A stretch of 64,000 bases of DNA from Candidatus Polarisedimenticolia bacterium (GCA_035281445.1 DATEEA010000083.1:6625-70624); one strand, 5' to 3'; shown: positions 28,174-37,681, counted from the stretch's first letter. The notes: generated by a model from the letters alone, not told the origin. Program-made: numbers and translations.

Positions 28174-29115
28174 TCAGGTGATCGAAGGCCCTTCGCGCCC
28201 CGCGGGATTCCTGGTCGCGGCGCGCCGGACGGCGGCCACCATCCCGACGATGGCCAGCCCCGGCCAGACCACCGCCCAGGACGAGTCCGGGAAGCCGTCG
28301 CGGGCCGAAGCGATGATCCCTCCCAAGGACACCGCGGGCTCGGGGGCTCCCATCCCCAGGAACGAGACCGCCGACTCGAGGAGGATGGTGTCGGCGATCC
28401 TCAGCGACGCGGTGACGGCGAGCAGCGGAGCCATCGCCGGAAGGATGTGCCACACGGCGATCCGGGAGGTCGAGCAGCCCAGCGCGCGCGCCGCCATGGT
28501 GAGATCGCTTCTCCGGCGTGACATCACCTCGGCCCGAAGGATCCTGGCCGGCCCGGGCCAGGTCGTCGCGGCCAGGACCGCCACGAGCATCGTGGTGGAG
28601 GGGCTCAGGACCGCCGCGCAGACCATGTAGACGACCACGCGCGGAAGGCAGAGCATCCCTTCCACCACGCGCATCAGCACGGCGTCCCACCAGCCGCCGA
28701 GCCAGCCCATGGAGAACCCCGCGACGGCGGCGGCCGCCAGCGCCAGGCAGACGACCGTCACGGTGATCAGGAGGCTCCTCCGGGCGGCGTGCAGAAGCCT
28801 CGACAGGAGGTCCCGCCCCAGGCCGTCGGTCCCCAGCAGATAGAAGCGCGGGCTCGGGCGTCCCGTCACCTCCTGGTCATCCAGCGTCACCCTGCGGCCC
28901 GCGCGCAGACCGGCCCATCCGCTGCCGGTGGGCGTCAGCCCGGTGAGGATCCAGGTGCGGGGCCCGGTCGCCACCGCGTGCGCCCGCGTCAAGGGGGGCA
29001 GATAGCGGGCGCCGGCCACGTCCTCCTGCAAGCCGGGCGGATAGGGAGAGAGCGCGGGAGCGATGGCGAAGGCGGCGGCGACGGCCGCGATCCACCAGCG
29101 GCGCGGGACGCTCAT
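28174..29115 (-). CDS. ABC transporter permease, DppC/OppC-like (peptide/nickel family)
   Basis: The start MSVPRRWWIAAVAAAF follows a GGAGGG Shine-Dalgarno. The BPD_transp_1 region includes ...LGTDGLGRDLLSRLLHAARRSLLI.... The ATG overlaps the stop of the upstream permease. The track ORF (28174..29844) is over-extended. Confidence 0.8.
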   Translation of the reverse strand: MSVPRRWWIAAVAAAFAIAPALSPYPPGLQEDVAGARYLPPLTRAHAVATGPRTWILTGLTPTGSGWAGLRAGRRVTLDDQEVTGRPSPRFYLLGTDGLGRDLLSRLLHAARRSLLITVTVVCLALAAAAVAGFSMGWLGGWWDAVLMRVVEGMLCLPRVVVYMVCAAVLSPSTTMLVAVLAATTWPGPARILRAEVMSRRRSDLTMAARALGCSTSRIAVWHILPAMAPLLAVTASLRIADTILLESAVSFLGMGAPEPAVSLGGIIASARDGFPDSSWAVVWPGLAIVGMVAAVRRAATRNPAGREGPSIT

Positions 29116-30080
29116 CCGTCCCCCTCCCTCACCCTCGGGTCGAGGACGGCGACGGCCAGGTCCGCCGCCAGGCCGCCGGCCACCACCAGCAGAGCGGTCG
29201 CCGCGGCGCATCCCAGGATGAGCGGCTCGTCGCGCGCGAGCGCAGCCTGGTAGGCGAGCCGGCCCATCCCTGGCCACGCGAAGAGCGACTCCACCACGAC
29301 GCTGCCGCCGGCCAGGCCGGGCAGAGCGAGGCCGAGCAGTCCCGCCACCGGACGCAACGCGCCCCGCAGCGCGTGCAGGGCCACGGTGCGCCGCCGCGAC
29401 GCCCCACGCGCCCTGGCCGCCAGGGCGAACCGTCCGGTCAGGGCGTCGCCGATCTCCTCCCGCACCAGCAGCGCGATGCCGGCGGCCCCGGGCAGGGCCA
29501 GGGAGACGACCGGAAGGGCCATGTGGAGGGCGGCGTCCCACAGCCGCCAGAGAGCGGGCAGGTCGTCCGAGCCGGGCGAGTGCATCTGGGAAACGGGGAG
29601 CCAGCCCAAGCGGACGGAGAAGACGACCATGAGGATCAGTCCCGTCCAGTAGGAGGGCAGAGAGTAGGCCACCGTGAAGCCGCCGCCGAGGACGCGGTCC
29701 AGCCGTCCCCCCCGGACCCCGGCGGCGAGCGCCCCCGCCCCGATCCCGAGGGCGAACTGCGCGGCGATGGCCGCGGCCATCAAGAGGACGGTGTTGCCCG
29801 CCGCCTCTCCGATCGCCTCGGCCACCGGGCGGCGGAGAGACCACGATCGGCCCATGTCCCCCGTCGCGAGCCCCGCGGCCCAGCTCAGGAAGCGCTCGTC
29901 CGGGGGGCGATCGGCGCCCAGCGCGCGGCGGACGGCGCCTGTGTCACGGCTCAGCCCCGAGGCGGGCTCGCGCGAGAAGGGGTCGCCCGGCACGACCTGC
30001 AGGAAGCAGAACAGCAGGACCAGCGCCACTCCCAGGGCCGGAGCGGCGGCCGCGACGCGGCGGGCGAGATGCACAAGCAC
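29112..30080 (-). CDS. ABC transporter permease, DppB/OppB-like
   Basis: The conserved N-terminus is VLVHLARRVAAAAPALGVALVLLFCFLQVVPGDPFS (compare DppB MLQFILRRL...LIHLIPGDP), with a GTG start and a GGAG 6 nt upstream. The start is moved from the track ATG at 30227. Confidence 0.75.
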   Translation of the reverse strand: MLVHLARRVAAAAPALGVALVLLFCFLQVVPGDPFSREPASGLSRDTGAVRRALGADRPPDERFLSWAAGLATGDMGRSWSLRRPVAEAIGEAAGNTVLLMAAAIAAQFALGIGAGALAAGVRGGRLDRVLGGGFTVAYSLPSYWTGLILMVVFSVRLGWLPVSQMHSPGSDDLPALWRLWDAALHMALPVVSLALPGAAGIALLVREEIGDALTGRFALAARARGASRRRTVALHALRGALRPVAGLLGLALPGLAGGSVVVESLFAWPGMGRLAYQAALARDEPLILGCAAATALLVVAGGLAADLAVAVLDPRVREGDG

Positions 30081-30169
30081 GTCAGACTCCGCCCGCCGGG
30101 GGTCCGGACGGGCCGGGATTCGGATAGAATGACGGCGCGCGATTCCCTGGAACCTGCGATCCGGAAGCC

Positions 30170-31810
30170 ATGGACCGTCGCCGCGGAGGATCTCGTTTGA
30201 GCAGCCAGCGCGGCAGGCTCGCCGCATGGTGTCTCGTGGGCCTGTCGGCCGGCCTGCCGGCGGCCGCTCCGCCCTCCGCCGGCTCTCCTTCCCGGTTGAT
30301 CATCGGCGTGCGTGGCGATGTTACCTCGTTCAACGTCTACACCGCCACGAACGCCTTCTCCCAGGACGTGGCCGACCTGATCTATCCGCGCCTGGCGGGG
30401 GAGCAGGATGACTTCCTGGAGGGGCCCCCCACCTTCCGCCCCGGGCTGGCCTCTTCCTGGGCTTTCTCCCAGGACGGCCTCACGCTCACCGTGAAGCTGG
30501 ATCCCCGGGCCCGCTGGGCGGACGGGCGTCCGCTCACGTCCGAGGACGTCCTCTTCTCGCACCGCGCGGCGTCCAGCCCGGAGGTCGGCTGGGTGGGCCG
30601 GGACGTCAAGGACCGCATCGCGGAGGTGGCCGCACCCGATGCCGGCACCATCGTGTACCGCTTCCGGCAACCCTACCCCTACCAGCTCATGGACGTGGTG
30701 GACGGCAACATCCTTCCCGCGGCCGTGTTCTCGGCCATCCCCTTCGCCGAGTGGCCGGCACGGTCCTTCCGGGAGGCCCCGTCGCCCAGCGGGCCGTTCC
30801 GGCTCAAGCGGTACGAGCCCCGGTCGATCATCGAGCTGGAGCGCAACCCCGGCTATCACGTCCAGGGCCGGCCGCGCCTGGAGACGGTCGTCTTCCGCGT
30901 GATCCCCGACGAGAACACGCTCCTCAACGAGCTGCTGGCCGGGGGGATCGACATGATGGAGAACGTCCCCGCGCGAGCCGTGCAGCAGGTGGAGCGCTCG
31001 CCCCGCCTGCGCGTCGTCCGGTCCCCCGACCTCTCGTACACCTACATCTGCTGGAACACGTCCCGGCCGCTCTTCGGCGACCCGCGCGTGCGGCGCGCGC
31101 TCACCCTGGCCCTGGACCGGCAGGCCATGGTGGAGGGGCCGCTGGGAGGGGCCGGGCGCGAGGCGGTCGGCCCGGTTCTCTCGTTCCTGTGGGCGCGGCA
31201 TCCCGGATTGAAGCCGCACCCCTACGACCCGCAGGCCGCCTCCCGCCTCCTGAAGGAGGCCGGGTGGTCGGATGGCGACGGCGACGGGGTGCTGGATCGC
31301 GACGGCACGGTCTTCCGGTTCGAGCTGGAGACGAACCAGGGCTCGGGGCTGCGGTGGGAGGTCGCCCAGATGGCGTCGGCGCAGCTGCGCCGCGTGGGGA
31401 TCGAAGCCGTGGCGCGCGTCGTGGAGACCGGGGCCTTCCTGGAGAAGCACGAGCGCCATGACTTCGACGCCTTCGTCGGATCCATCCGCGAGTCCACCAA
31501 GGTGGACTTGTGGTCGGTCCTCCACAGCGCCGCGGGCGCCGGCGGGTACAACCACGGCCTGTACTCCAACGCCCGGCTCGACGCGATCATCGAGCAGGCG
31601 CGCGCCGCCTCCGACGCGGCGGCCGCGCGGGAGCTGTGGATGAAGGCGCAGGAGATCGTCCATCAGGAGCAGCCCTTCACCTTTCTGTTCGAGCCCGACC
31701 GCTTCCACGCCGTGCCACGGGCCCTCAAGGGGCCCCGGCCCAGCCCCCGCAGCGCCTACGTCGCCCTGGAGGAATGGACCTGGGAGCCCGCCTCCGGCGC
31801 CGCTCCGTGA
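30170..31810 (+). CDS. ABC transporter substrate-binding protein, family 5 (DppA/OppA-like), secreted
   Basis: A 546-aa ORF with a signal peptide (LAAWCLVGLSAGLPAAAPPSAGS) and SBP_bac_5-like architecture. It is divergent from the two permease genes. Confidence 0.8.
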   Translation: MDRRRGGSRLSSQRGRLAAWCLVGLSAGLPAAAPPSAGSPSRLIIGVRGDVTSFNVYTATNAFSQDVADLIYPRLAGEQDDFLEGPPTFRPGLASSWAFSQDGLTLTVKLDPRARWADGRPLTSEDVLFSHRAASSPEVGWVGRDVKDRIAEVAAPDAGTIVYRFRQPYPYQLMDVVDGNILPAAVFSAIPFAEWPARSFREAPSPSGPFRLKRYEPRSIIELERNPGYHVQGRPRLETVVFRVIPDENTLLNELLAGGIDMMENVPARAVQQVERSPRLRVVRSPDLSYTYICWNTSRPLFGDPRVRRALTLALDRQAMVEGPLGGAGREAVGPVLSFLWARHPGLKPHPYDPQAASRLLKEAGWSDGDGDGVLDRDGTVFRFELETNQGSGLRWEVAQMASAQLRRVGIEAVARVVETGAFLEKHERHDFDAFVGSIRESTKVDLWSVLHSAAGAGGYNHGLYSNARLDAIIEQARAASDAAAARELWMKAQEIVHQEQPFTFLFEPDRFHAVPRALKGPRPSPRSAYVALEEWTWEPASGAAP

Positions 31811-34800
31811 CCCCCGTCGTTTCCCTGATCCGGGCCAAGCTCCTCCCCCCCGCCGCCGGCCCGCGCCACCTGCGCCGCCCGCGGCTGGAAGAGCGCCTGG
31901 CGGCGGGGCTGGCCGGCAGAGCCACTCTGGTGACCGCCGGCCCCGGCTACGGCAAGAGCAGCCTGGCCGCGCGCGTCCTCAAGGAGCGAGGAGGCGACTC
32001 GGTCTGGTACCGCCTCGACCCGTTCGACCGGGATCCCTGGGTGCTGGTCCGCTACCTGATCGAAGGGATTCGCCAGCACGTTCCGGACTTCGGAGAGCGC
32101 AGCGAGAGCGTGCGGGACGCCATCCGTGCCTCGGGAGGGCCGGTGGAGCGTCTGACCGACACTCTGATCCGGGACGCGGAGGAGTCCCTCGAGGGCGGGA
32201 TGGTGATCGTGATGGACGACGTCCATCACGTCACGGGTGGAGAGTCCGAGGCGGCGTTGAGGCGGCTGCTGGCCTACCTTCCCGGCACGCTGCATCTGAT
32301 CCTGATGGGCCGCTCGCTCCCCGACCTCGGTGCCGCCTCGCTGGAGGCCGGCGCCTCGGTCCAGGCGATGAGGGGAGAGGATCTCCTGTTCACCCTGGAG
32401 GAGACGCGTCTTCTGGTGAGGGAGACCTTCGGCCTGTCCGCTCCGGAAGGGACCATCCGCAGGATCCATGAGCGGACGCGAGGCTGGATCACCGCGCTGC
32501 AGCTCCTCTGCCGGACGGTGCCGCCCGGCGGTGACCTCGACCTCCCCGAGGCGGTCTTCGCCCTGACCGAGCCGGAGATCTTCGCCTACTTCAGCGAGGA
32601 GACGCTCGCGTCGGAGGCCGAGCAGACGCGGCACCTGCTGCTGGCCGCCTCGCTGGCCTCCGCCGTCGATCCGGACATCCTTTCCGTGGTCCTTCAGGGG
32701 ACGGACGCGCGCGGGGTGCTGTCGGACCTGGCGCGGCGGAGTCTCTTCCTGTCGCCGCTGGAGAGCCGCGGCCGCCTGTACGCGCTGGATCCCCTGTTCG
32801 CCGATTTCCTGAGGGGCAAGGCCGACGAGAGGCTGGGGATGGCGGGGGTCCGCGAGCTGCACCGGCGCTACGCCAGGGCCTTCGCCGGAAGGCACGAGGC
32901 CGCGCAGTCCCTGAGACACTGGATCCTGGCCGGCGAGCCGAGGCAGGCGGCCCGGCTGCTCGCCCTGCACGGGAAGGCGATGGTGCGGGCCGGGATGCTG
33001 GGACCGGTGAGGGATGCGGCGAAGTTCGTCTCCGAGCGGGGCGAGCGCACGCCGGCCCTCGACGACGTGCTGGGGGAGGCGAGCCGTGTCTGCGGCGACT
33101 TCGCGGCCGCGGCCGGATCGTTCGAGCGGGCGCTCGCTCCTCCCTCCGGAGCGCCCTTGACGGGAGCCGCGAGGGCGGCGGCGCTTCAGGGGCTGGCCTA
33201 CTCGCTGCTGAAGCTGGGGGAGGTGGAGCGGGCCCGCCGCGCCGCGGAGGAGGCCCTGGAGTCCGCGGGCGGCCACGACGACGCGCTGCGAGCCAGGATC
33301 CTCAACACCCTCTCGCTGATCCTCTACCGCGGGGGAAGCCAGGCCGACGCCGTCGAGGGATGGCAGGAGGCGCTGCGCGCCGCCCGCAAGGCGGACGACA
33401 CGCACCTGGCCCGCATGATCGCGCACAACCTCGGACTGCCGCACGCCGTGACCGGGGACTTCGCCCGGGCCGCCGAGTGCTTCCACATCCTGATCGACCC
33501 CGACAGCGCCCGGCTGGGACCGGAGGAAGGAGCCGCCTACCTCAACCTGGCCCGGATCGAGACGCTGCTGGGGCGTCCGGAGTCCGCGGCCGCGCCGCTC
33601 GGCGACGCCCGGGAGATCGCGTGGAAATGGCGGCTCACCGGACTGAAGGGAGACATCCTGGAGGCGGAGGGAAACCTCTTGCGGGAAACGGGGGACTTCG
33701 AGGCCGCGCGAAGCAAGTACGCGGAGGCGAGGGCGCTGTTCACCGAGCTCGGCCGGCTGGATCTGCTCGACGGTCTGGCCGAAGAGGAAGCGCTGCTGGC
33801 CTCCCTTCGTGGAAGCCATGACGAGGCCGTCCGGCTGGCCGATGACTGCGTGGAGCGCCGCCGGCGGGCCGGCGACCCCGCCGGGATCGCCTCCAGCCTT
33901 CTGGTCTGCGGGAGGACGCGGCTGAACGCGCTCGACCCGGCGCGCGCGGAGCCGGCGCTGGAGGAGGCGCTGCGGCTCTTCGGCCGGACCGGCCGCGCCT
34001 ACGAGAGCTGCCTTGCCGGGATCTGGCTGTCGGCGGCTCACGGCCGCCTGGGGCGGCAGGACGCGGCCGGGCGGCGTCTGGCGGAGGCGCTGGCCCTGGC
34101 CTCGCGCTTCCGCTACGAGCCTGCCGTCCTCCGCGTGCTGGCGGCGCAGCCCGACCTGGCGCGCGCCGCGGCGTCGCTGGGGGCGGCACCGGCCTGGGCG
34201 CGGGCCGTTCCGCCGGAGGCGGAGCGGCCGGCGCGGGCTTCCCTGGGGGCCATCTCGCCGGAAGGGGCCGATCTCACGGCCAGACTGCTGGGACCGGTCG
34301 AGGTCTTCCGCGACGCCGGCGAGCGGATCCCGCCGCGGGTGTGGAAGGTGCGACGGGCCCTTCACATGTTCTGCTTCCTGGCGGCCTCCCGGGACCACCG
34401 GGCCTCCAAGGATCGGCTGGCCGACGCGCTCTGGGGGGAAGCCCGCCTGGACACCATCGAGAAGAACTTCCACCCGACCATCTCCATGTTGCGCCGGGCG
34501 CTCAACCACGGGCGCCATGTCCCCAGGCACTTCATCCTCTACGAGGGGGGCGCCTACCTGCTGAACCCGGCCTACCGGTACGACCTCGACATCGAGACGT
34601 TCGATCAGGCGCTGTCGAAGGCCCGCAAGGCGGCGGGCGAAGGAAGGATCGAGGCGGCGATCGAAGCCTACGACGCCGCCCTGGAGCTCTACCGGGGGCC
34701 CTTCATGGACGAGGAGTACGAGCCCTGGGCGGAGGCGCCGCGGGCTCACTACGAAGAGCTCCTGCTCGGCTCGCTGAGCGAGGCCGCCGCCCTGCATCTG

Positions 34801-35064
34801 AAGCTGGGAGACGCGACCGGAGCGGCCGGCCGGCTCCAGCGCCTGGTGGAGCGCGATCCCTTCGACGAGGAGGCCTCCGCGCGCCTGATGCGCGCGCTGG
34901 GGGCGGCGGGGGACAGGGCCGGAGTCCGCCGCGAGTACCGGCGACTGAGCGAGGCGCTGCGCGAGGAGCTGTCGGCCGAGCCGCTCCCCGCGACCCTCGA
35001 GGCCTGCGAGGAGGCCCTGGCGGCGGCCTCGGTATCCCTTGCGGACCGGAGGCGCAAGAGGTAG
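31774..35064 (+). CDS. Large transcriptional regulator: N-terminal P-loop ATPase, TPR repeats, and a C-terminal SARP module (OmpR-type winged helix + BTAD)
   Basis: The Walker A is LVTAGPGYGKSSLAA. The middle region is TPR-like. The C-terminal segment LLGPVEVFRDAGERIPPRVWKVRRALHMFCFLAA...DRLADALWGE...ISMLRRAL...YLLNPAYRYDLDIETFDQAL is a SARP wHTH followed by BTAD helices. The start is ATG 31774 or GTG 31807 (GTGA overlap with the SBP stop). The track start at 31510 is spurious. Confidence 0.75.
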   Translation: MDLGARLRRRSVTPVVSLIRAKLLPPAAGPRHLRRPRLEERLAAGLAGRATLVTAGPGYGKSSLAARVLKERGGDSVWYRLDPFDRDPWVLVRYLIEGIRQHVPDFGERSESVRDAIRASGGPVERLTDTLIRDAEESLEGGMVIVMDDVHHVTGGESEAALRRLLAYLPGTLHLILMGRSLPDLGAASLEAGASVQAMRGEDLLFTLEETRLLVRETFGLSAPEGTIRRIHERTRGWITALQLLCRTVPPGGDLDLPEAVFALTEPEIFAYFSEETLASEAEQTRHLLLAASLASAVDPDILSVVLQGTDARGVLSDLARRSLFLSPLESRGRLYALDPLFADFLRGKADERLGMAGVRELHRRYARAFAGRHEAAQSLRHWILAGEPRQAARLLALHGKAMVRAGMLGPVRDAAKFVSERGERTPALDDVLGEASRVCGDFAAAAGSFERALAPPSGAPLTGAARAAALQGLAYSLLKLGEVERARRAAEEALESAGGHDDALRARILNTLSLILYRGGSQADAVEGWQEALRAARKADDTHLARMIAHNLGLPHAVTGDFARAAECFHILIDPDSARLGPEEGAAYLNLARIETLLGRPESAAAPLGDAREIAWKWRLTGLKGDILEAEGNLLRETGDFEAARSKYAEARALFTELGRLDLLDGLAEEEALLASLRGSHDEAVRLADDCVERRRRAGDPAGIASSLLVCGRTRLNALDPARAEPALEEALRLFGRTGRAYESCLAGIWLSAAHGRLGRQDAAGRRLAEALALASRFRYEPAVLRVLAAQPDLARAAASLGAAPAWARAVPPEAERPARASLGAISPEGADLTARLLGPVEVFRDAGERIPPRVWKVRRALHMFCFLAASRDHRASKDRLADALWGEARLDTIEKNFHPTISMLRRALNHGRHVPRHFILYEGGAYLLNPAYRYDLDIETFDQALSKARKAAGEGRIEAAIEAYDAALELYRGPFMDEEYEPWAEAPRAHYEELLLGSLSEAAALHLKLGDATGAAGRLQRLVERDPFDEEASARLMRALGAAGDRAGVRREYRRLSEALREELSAEPLPATLEACEEALAAASVSLADRRRKR

Positions 35065-35106
35065 GCTTGGTCTCTCCGCGGATCCGACCGGAACGGGGGC
35101 TCAGCC

Positions 35107-37653
35107 ATGACGCGGGCCTTTCGGGTCATTCTTCTCCTGCTGGCCGCCTTCCCCCAGGCGCAGGCCGGCGTCTACGTCACCGAAGCCTCGGGCATCCGCT
35201 GGAACGACGTGGGCGGGATCCGGTGGAACGACGTCGGCGGGATCCGCTGGAACGACGTCGGCGGCCTGCTGGTCACGGAGGCCTCCGGCATCCGCTGGAA
35301 CGACGTGGGCGGGATCCGGTGGAACGACGTGGGAGGGATCGAGTTCATCGGCCCGGTGGGCGATCCGGTGAGCATCGATCTGGAGCTGCTCCGCCTCGTC
35401 GGGGTGCTCCCGGACTCTTCCTCCATCAACGTCATCATCACCTACCGCGGCGCTCCGGCGGCGTCCGACCTGGACGATCTCGTCTCTCTGGGGATCACCG
35501 GCGGGACGGTCTTGCGGGTCCTGCCCATGGTCGTCGTCCACGCCACGCGATCCCAGATCGACGCCATCGCCGATCTGCCCCGCGTGCGGTCGATCTACGC
35601 GAACCGGACGCTCTCCTTCTTCGATGACGCCAGCGGGGCGCGCATCGGCCTGCCCGAGCTGTCCGCCGACCTCGAGCTGCGGCCCCGCGGGACGCCGCTG
35701 ACGGGGGAGGGGGTGACCATCGCCGTTCTCGACTCGGGGGTCGATGCCGGCCACCCCGATCTTCCCTTCGGCGGGAAGGTCGTCCAGAACGTGCGGCTGG
35801 GAGGAAGCTCCGGCGGCGCCGGGTTCGTGCACCCCGCTCGCGTCGAGGGGTTGGTGAACACCGACCTCGTGCTGGGCCATGGCACGTTCGTGGCGTCGGT
35901 AGCGGCGGGGACGGGCCAGGCAGGAGGAGGGCGGTACGAGGGGGTCGCACCCGGCGCCTCGGTGCTCGGCCTGGCGGCGGGTGACCTCTTCATCCTCAAC
36001 GTGCTGGAAGGGTTCGACTACATCCTGGAGAAAGGTGAGCAGCACGGCGTCAAGGTGGTGAACTGCTCCTGGGGCACGCAGGGCTTCTTCGATCCGCATG
36101 ATCCCGTGAACATCGCGACGCGCTCGCTGCACGATGCCGGGATGACCGTGGTCTTCGCCGCCGGCAACCACGGTCCCGCCCCTGACACGCTCAACCCGTA
36201 CGCCGTCGCCCCCTGGGTGATCGGGGTCGGCTCCTCCCGCAAGGACGGCTCGCTGTCGAGGTTCTCCTCCCGCGGCCTGTTCGAGGAGCTCCTCTACCGG
36301 CCCACCCTCCTGGCGCCGGGAGAGGGGATCATCGCGGCGAAGGCATCCGGGCTGGCCGGCGTGGATGGAGTGACCGGGGTCGGGGACCCTTCTGGAGGGG
36401 TTTCCGTCCCTCCCGGCGAATCGCTCTGGTACACCGCCGCCAGCGGGACCTCCTTCGCCGCCCCGCACGTCGCCGGAGTGATCGCCCTGATGCTGGAAGC
36501 GGAGCCCGGGCTCACGCCGGGGCAGATCAAGAGGCTCCTGCAGCAGACGGCCGTGCCCTTGCTGCGGGCGGATCGATCGCAGGCCGGCGCCGGGGGACTG
36601 GACGCCTGGGCCGCCCTGGCCCTGACCCTGGACGGGGAGAGGCCGTTTGGAACCCACGTAGCGGGCTGGCTCGACCAGCGTCCGTACCGGATCGACCATC
36701 TTCCGCCGGCGCTCTCCGCGTTGACCGTGCCCGCCGGCGGCTCGGCGATCGCCGCGGCCGACGTGTCGGGGGCGGTGGCGTCCTGGCAGGCGACCATCTC
36801 CTGGAACCGGCCGCCCGGGACGGGGGACCTGGACATGCGGGCGGTGAGCGGCTCTGGAGCCGAGGTCGAGAGGTCGGACGGTTGGATCGGCCCGTCGCTG
36901 TTCGGCCGGACGGAGGGGATGCACCTGATGGCGGTCGTCCCCGAAGCGCTCCAGCTCGATGTCCACTTCAAGCAGGGAGTGGGGCCTCTGGATCAGCCGT
37001 TCGAGCTGCGGCAGCAGAAGGCGGTCGCCGCCATCACCGCCTACACCGATCTGGCGCCCTGGCCCGCCGGGGATCAGGAGGCGATCACGCGGGCCGTCAG
37101 CCGCCACGTGATGATCGGGCGCGGCTCCCGCTTCGAGCCGGCCGCGGCGCTCACCCGGGCCGAGCTGGCCAGGGCCCTGGCTCTGGCCGGCGGGGCGCCT
37201 CAGAGGATCCCTTCATCGCCTTCCTTCGCCGACGTCCCCCCGTCGGACCCCGACTTTCCCTACGTCGAATCGGCGGCCGGGCTCCGGGCGCGGGCAAGGC
37301 TGATGGACGCATCACCGTCGCGCCTGGTGAGGGTCCTTGGCGACCCGTCCGCCGGGGACGGGCCGCGCGCCCAGGCCGCCTTCGCTCCCCGCCATGCGGT
37401 GCGGCGGCTGGACTACGCGGTCGCCGTCGTCCGGGCCGCCGGCCTGGAGGCCGAGGCCCTGGCCCGGGCCGGTGAGCCTCTCGGGCTGGCGGACGAGTCC
37501 TCGATCCCCGAGGCGCTCAAGGGCTACGCCGCGGTCGCCCTGGGTCGCGGCTTCATCGAGCCGGTGGCCCTCGCGGGGGGAGAAGGCTTCGACCCGGACG
37601 GCCCGGTGTCCCGGCTGTCGGCAGCCCGGTTCCTGGTGAAGCTGCTCGATTGA
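35107..37653 (+). CDS. Secreted S8 (subtilisin-like) serine peptidase with N-terminal tandem nonapeptide repeats and an I9-like propeptide
   Basis: It has a signal peptide (MTRAFRVILLLLAAFPQAQA). The catalytic triad is present as D in AVLDSGVD, H in GHGTFVAS and S in GTSFAAPHVAGV. An I9-like inhibitor region lies before the catalytic domain. The C-terminal ~250 aa are possibly SLH-like (FADVPPSDPDFPYVESAAGL). Confidence 0.85.
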   Translation: MTRAFRVILLLLAAFPQAQAGVYVTEASGIRWNDVGGIRWNDVGGIRWNDVGGLLVTEASGIRWNDVGGIRWNDVGGIEFIGPVGDPVSIDLELLRLVGVLPDSSSINVIITYRGAPAASDLDDLVSLGITGGTVLRVLPMVVVHATRSQIDAIADLPRVRSIYANRTLSFFDDASGARIGLPELSADLELRPRGTPLTGEGVTIAVLDSGVDAGHPDLPFGGKVVQNVRLGGSSGGAGFVHPARVEGLVNTDLVLGHGTFVASVAAGTGQAGGGRYEGVAPGASVLGLAAGDLFILNVLEGFDYILEKGEQHGVKVVNCSWGTQGFFDPHDPVNIATRSLHDAGMTVVFAAGNHGPAPDTLNPYAVAPWVIGVGSSRKDGSLSRFSSRGLFEELLYRPTLLAPGEGIIAAKASGLAGVDGVTGVGDPSGGVSVPPGESLWYTAASGTSFAAPHVAGVIALMLEAEPGLTPGQIKRLLQQTAVPLLRADRSQAGAGGLDAWAALALTLDGERPFGTHVAGWLDQRPYRIDHLPPALSALTVPAGGSAIAAADVSGAVASWQATISWNRPPGTGDLDMRAVSGSGAEVERSDGWIGPSLFGRTEGMHLMAVVPEALQLDVHFKQGVGPLDQPFELRQQKAVAAITAYTDLAPWPAGDQEAITRAVSRHVMIGRGSRFEPAAALTRAELARALALAGGAPQRIPSSPSFADVPPSDPDFPYVESAAGLRARARLMDASPSRLVRVLGDPSAGDGPRAQAAFAPRHAVRRLDYAVAVVRAAGLEAEALARAGEPLGLADESSIPEALKGYAAVALGRGFIEPVALAGGEGFDPDGPVSRLSAARFLVKLLD
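35194..35337 (+). repeat. Five tandem in-frame 27-nt repeats (24-nt IRWNDVGG core plus one spacer codon each) encoding the identical peptide I-R-W-N-D-V-G-G (3 + 2 copies, separated by an LLVTEASG spacer) within the peptidase N-terminus
   Basis: The copies read atccgctggaacgacgtgggcggg / atccggtggaacgacgtcggcggg / atccgctggaacgacgtcggcggc / (spacer) / atccgctggaacgacgtgggcggg / atccggtggaacgacgtgggaggg. They differ only at synonymous third positions (cgc/cgg, gtg/gtc, ggc/ggg/gga). Confidence 0.85.
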
Positions 37654-37681
37654 CCGCGCAAGATGGCGCCGGCGTGCAACC

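Noticed and set aside
28178-28630. Plus-strand ORF (150 aa) and the N-terminal extension of the DppC-like ORF to 29844
   Set aside because: The first is antisense to the DppC-like permease. The second is an upstream read-through: the permease has a clear SD plus ATG at 29115 overlapping the DppB-like stop.
35194-35337. Possibility that the 27-nt tandem repeats are a CRISPR array or minisatellite
   Set aside because: There are no spacers. The repeats are in-frame within a peptidase ORF and vary only at synonymous positions. This is protein-coding repeat structure, not CRISPR.
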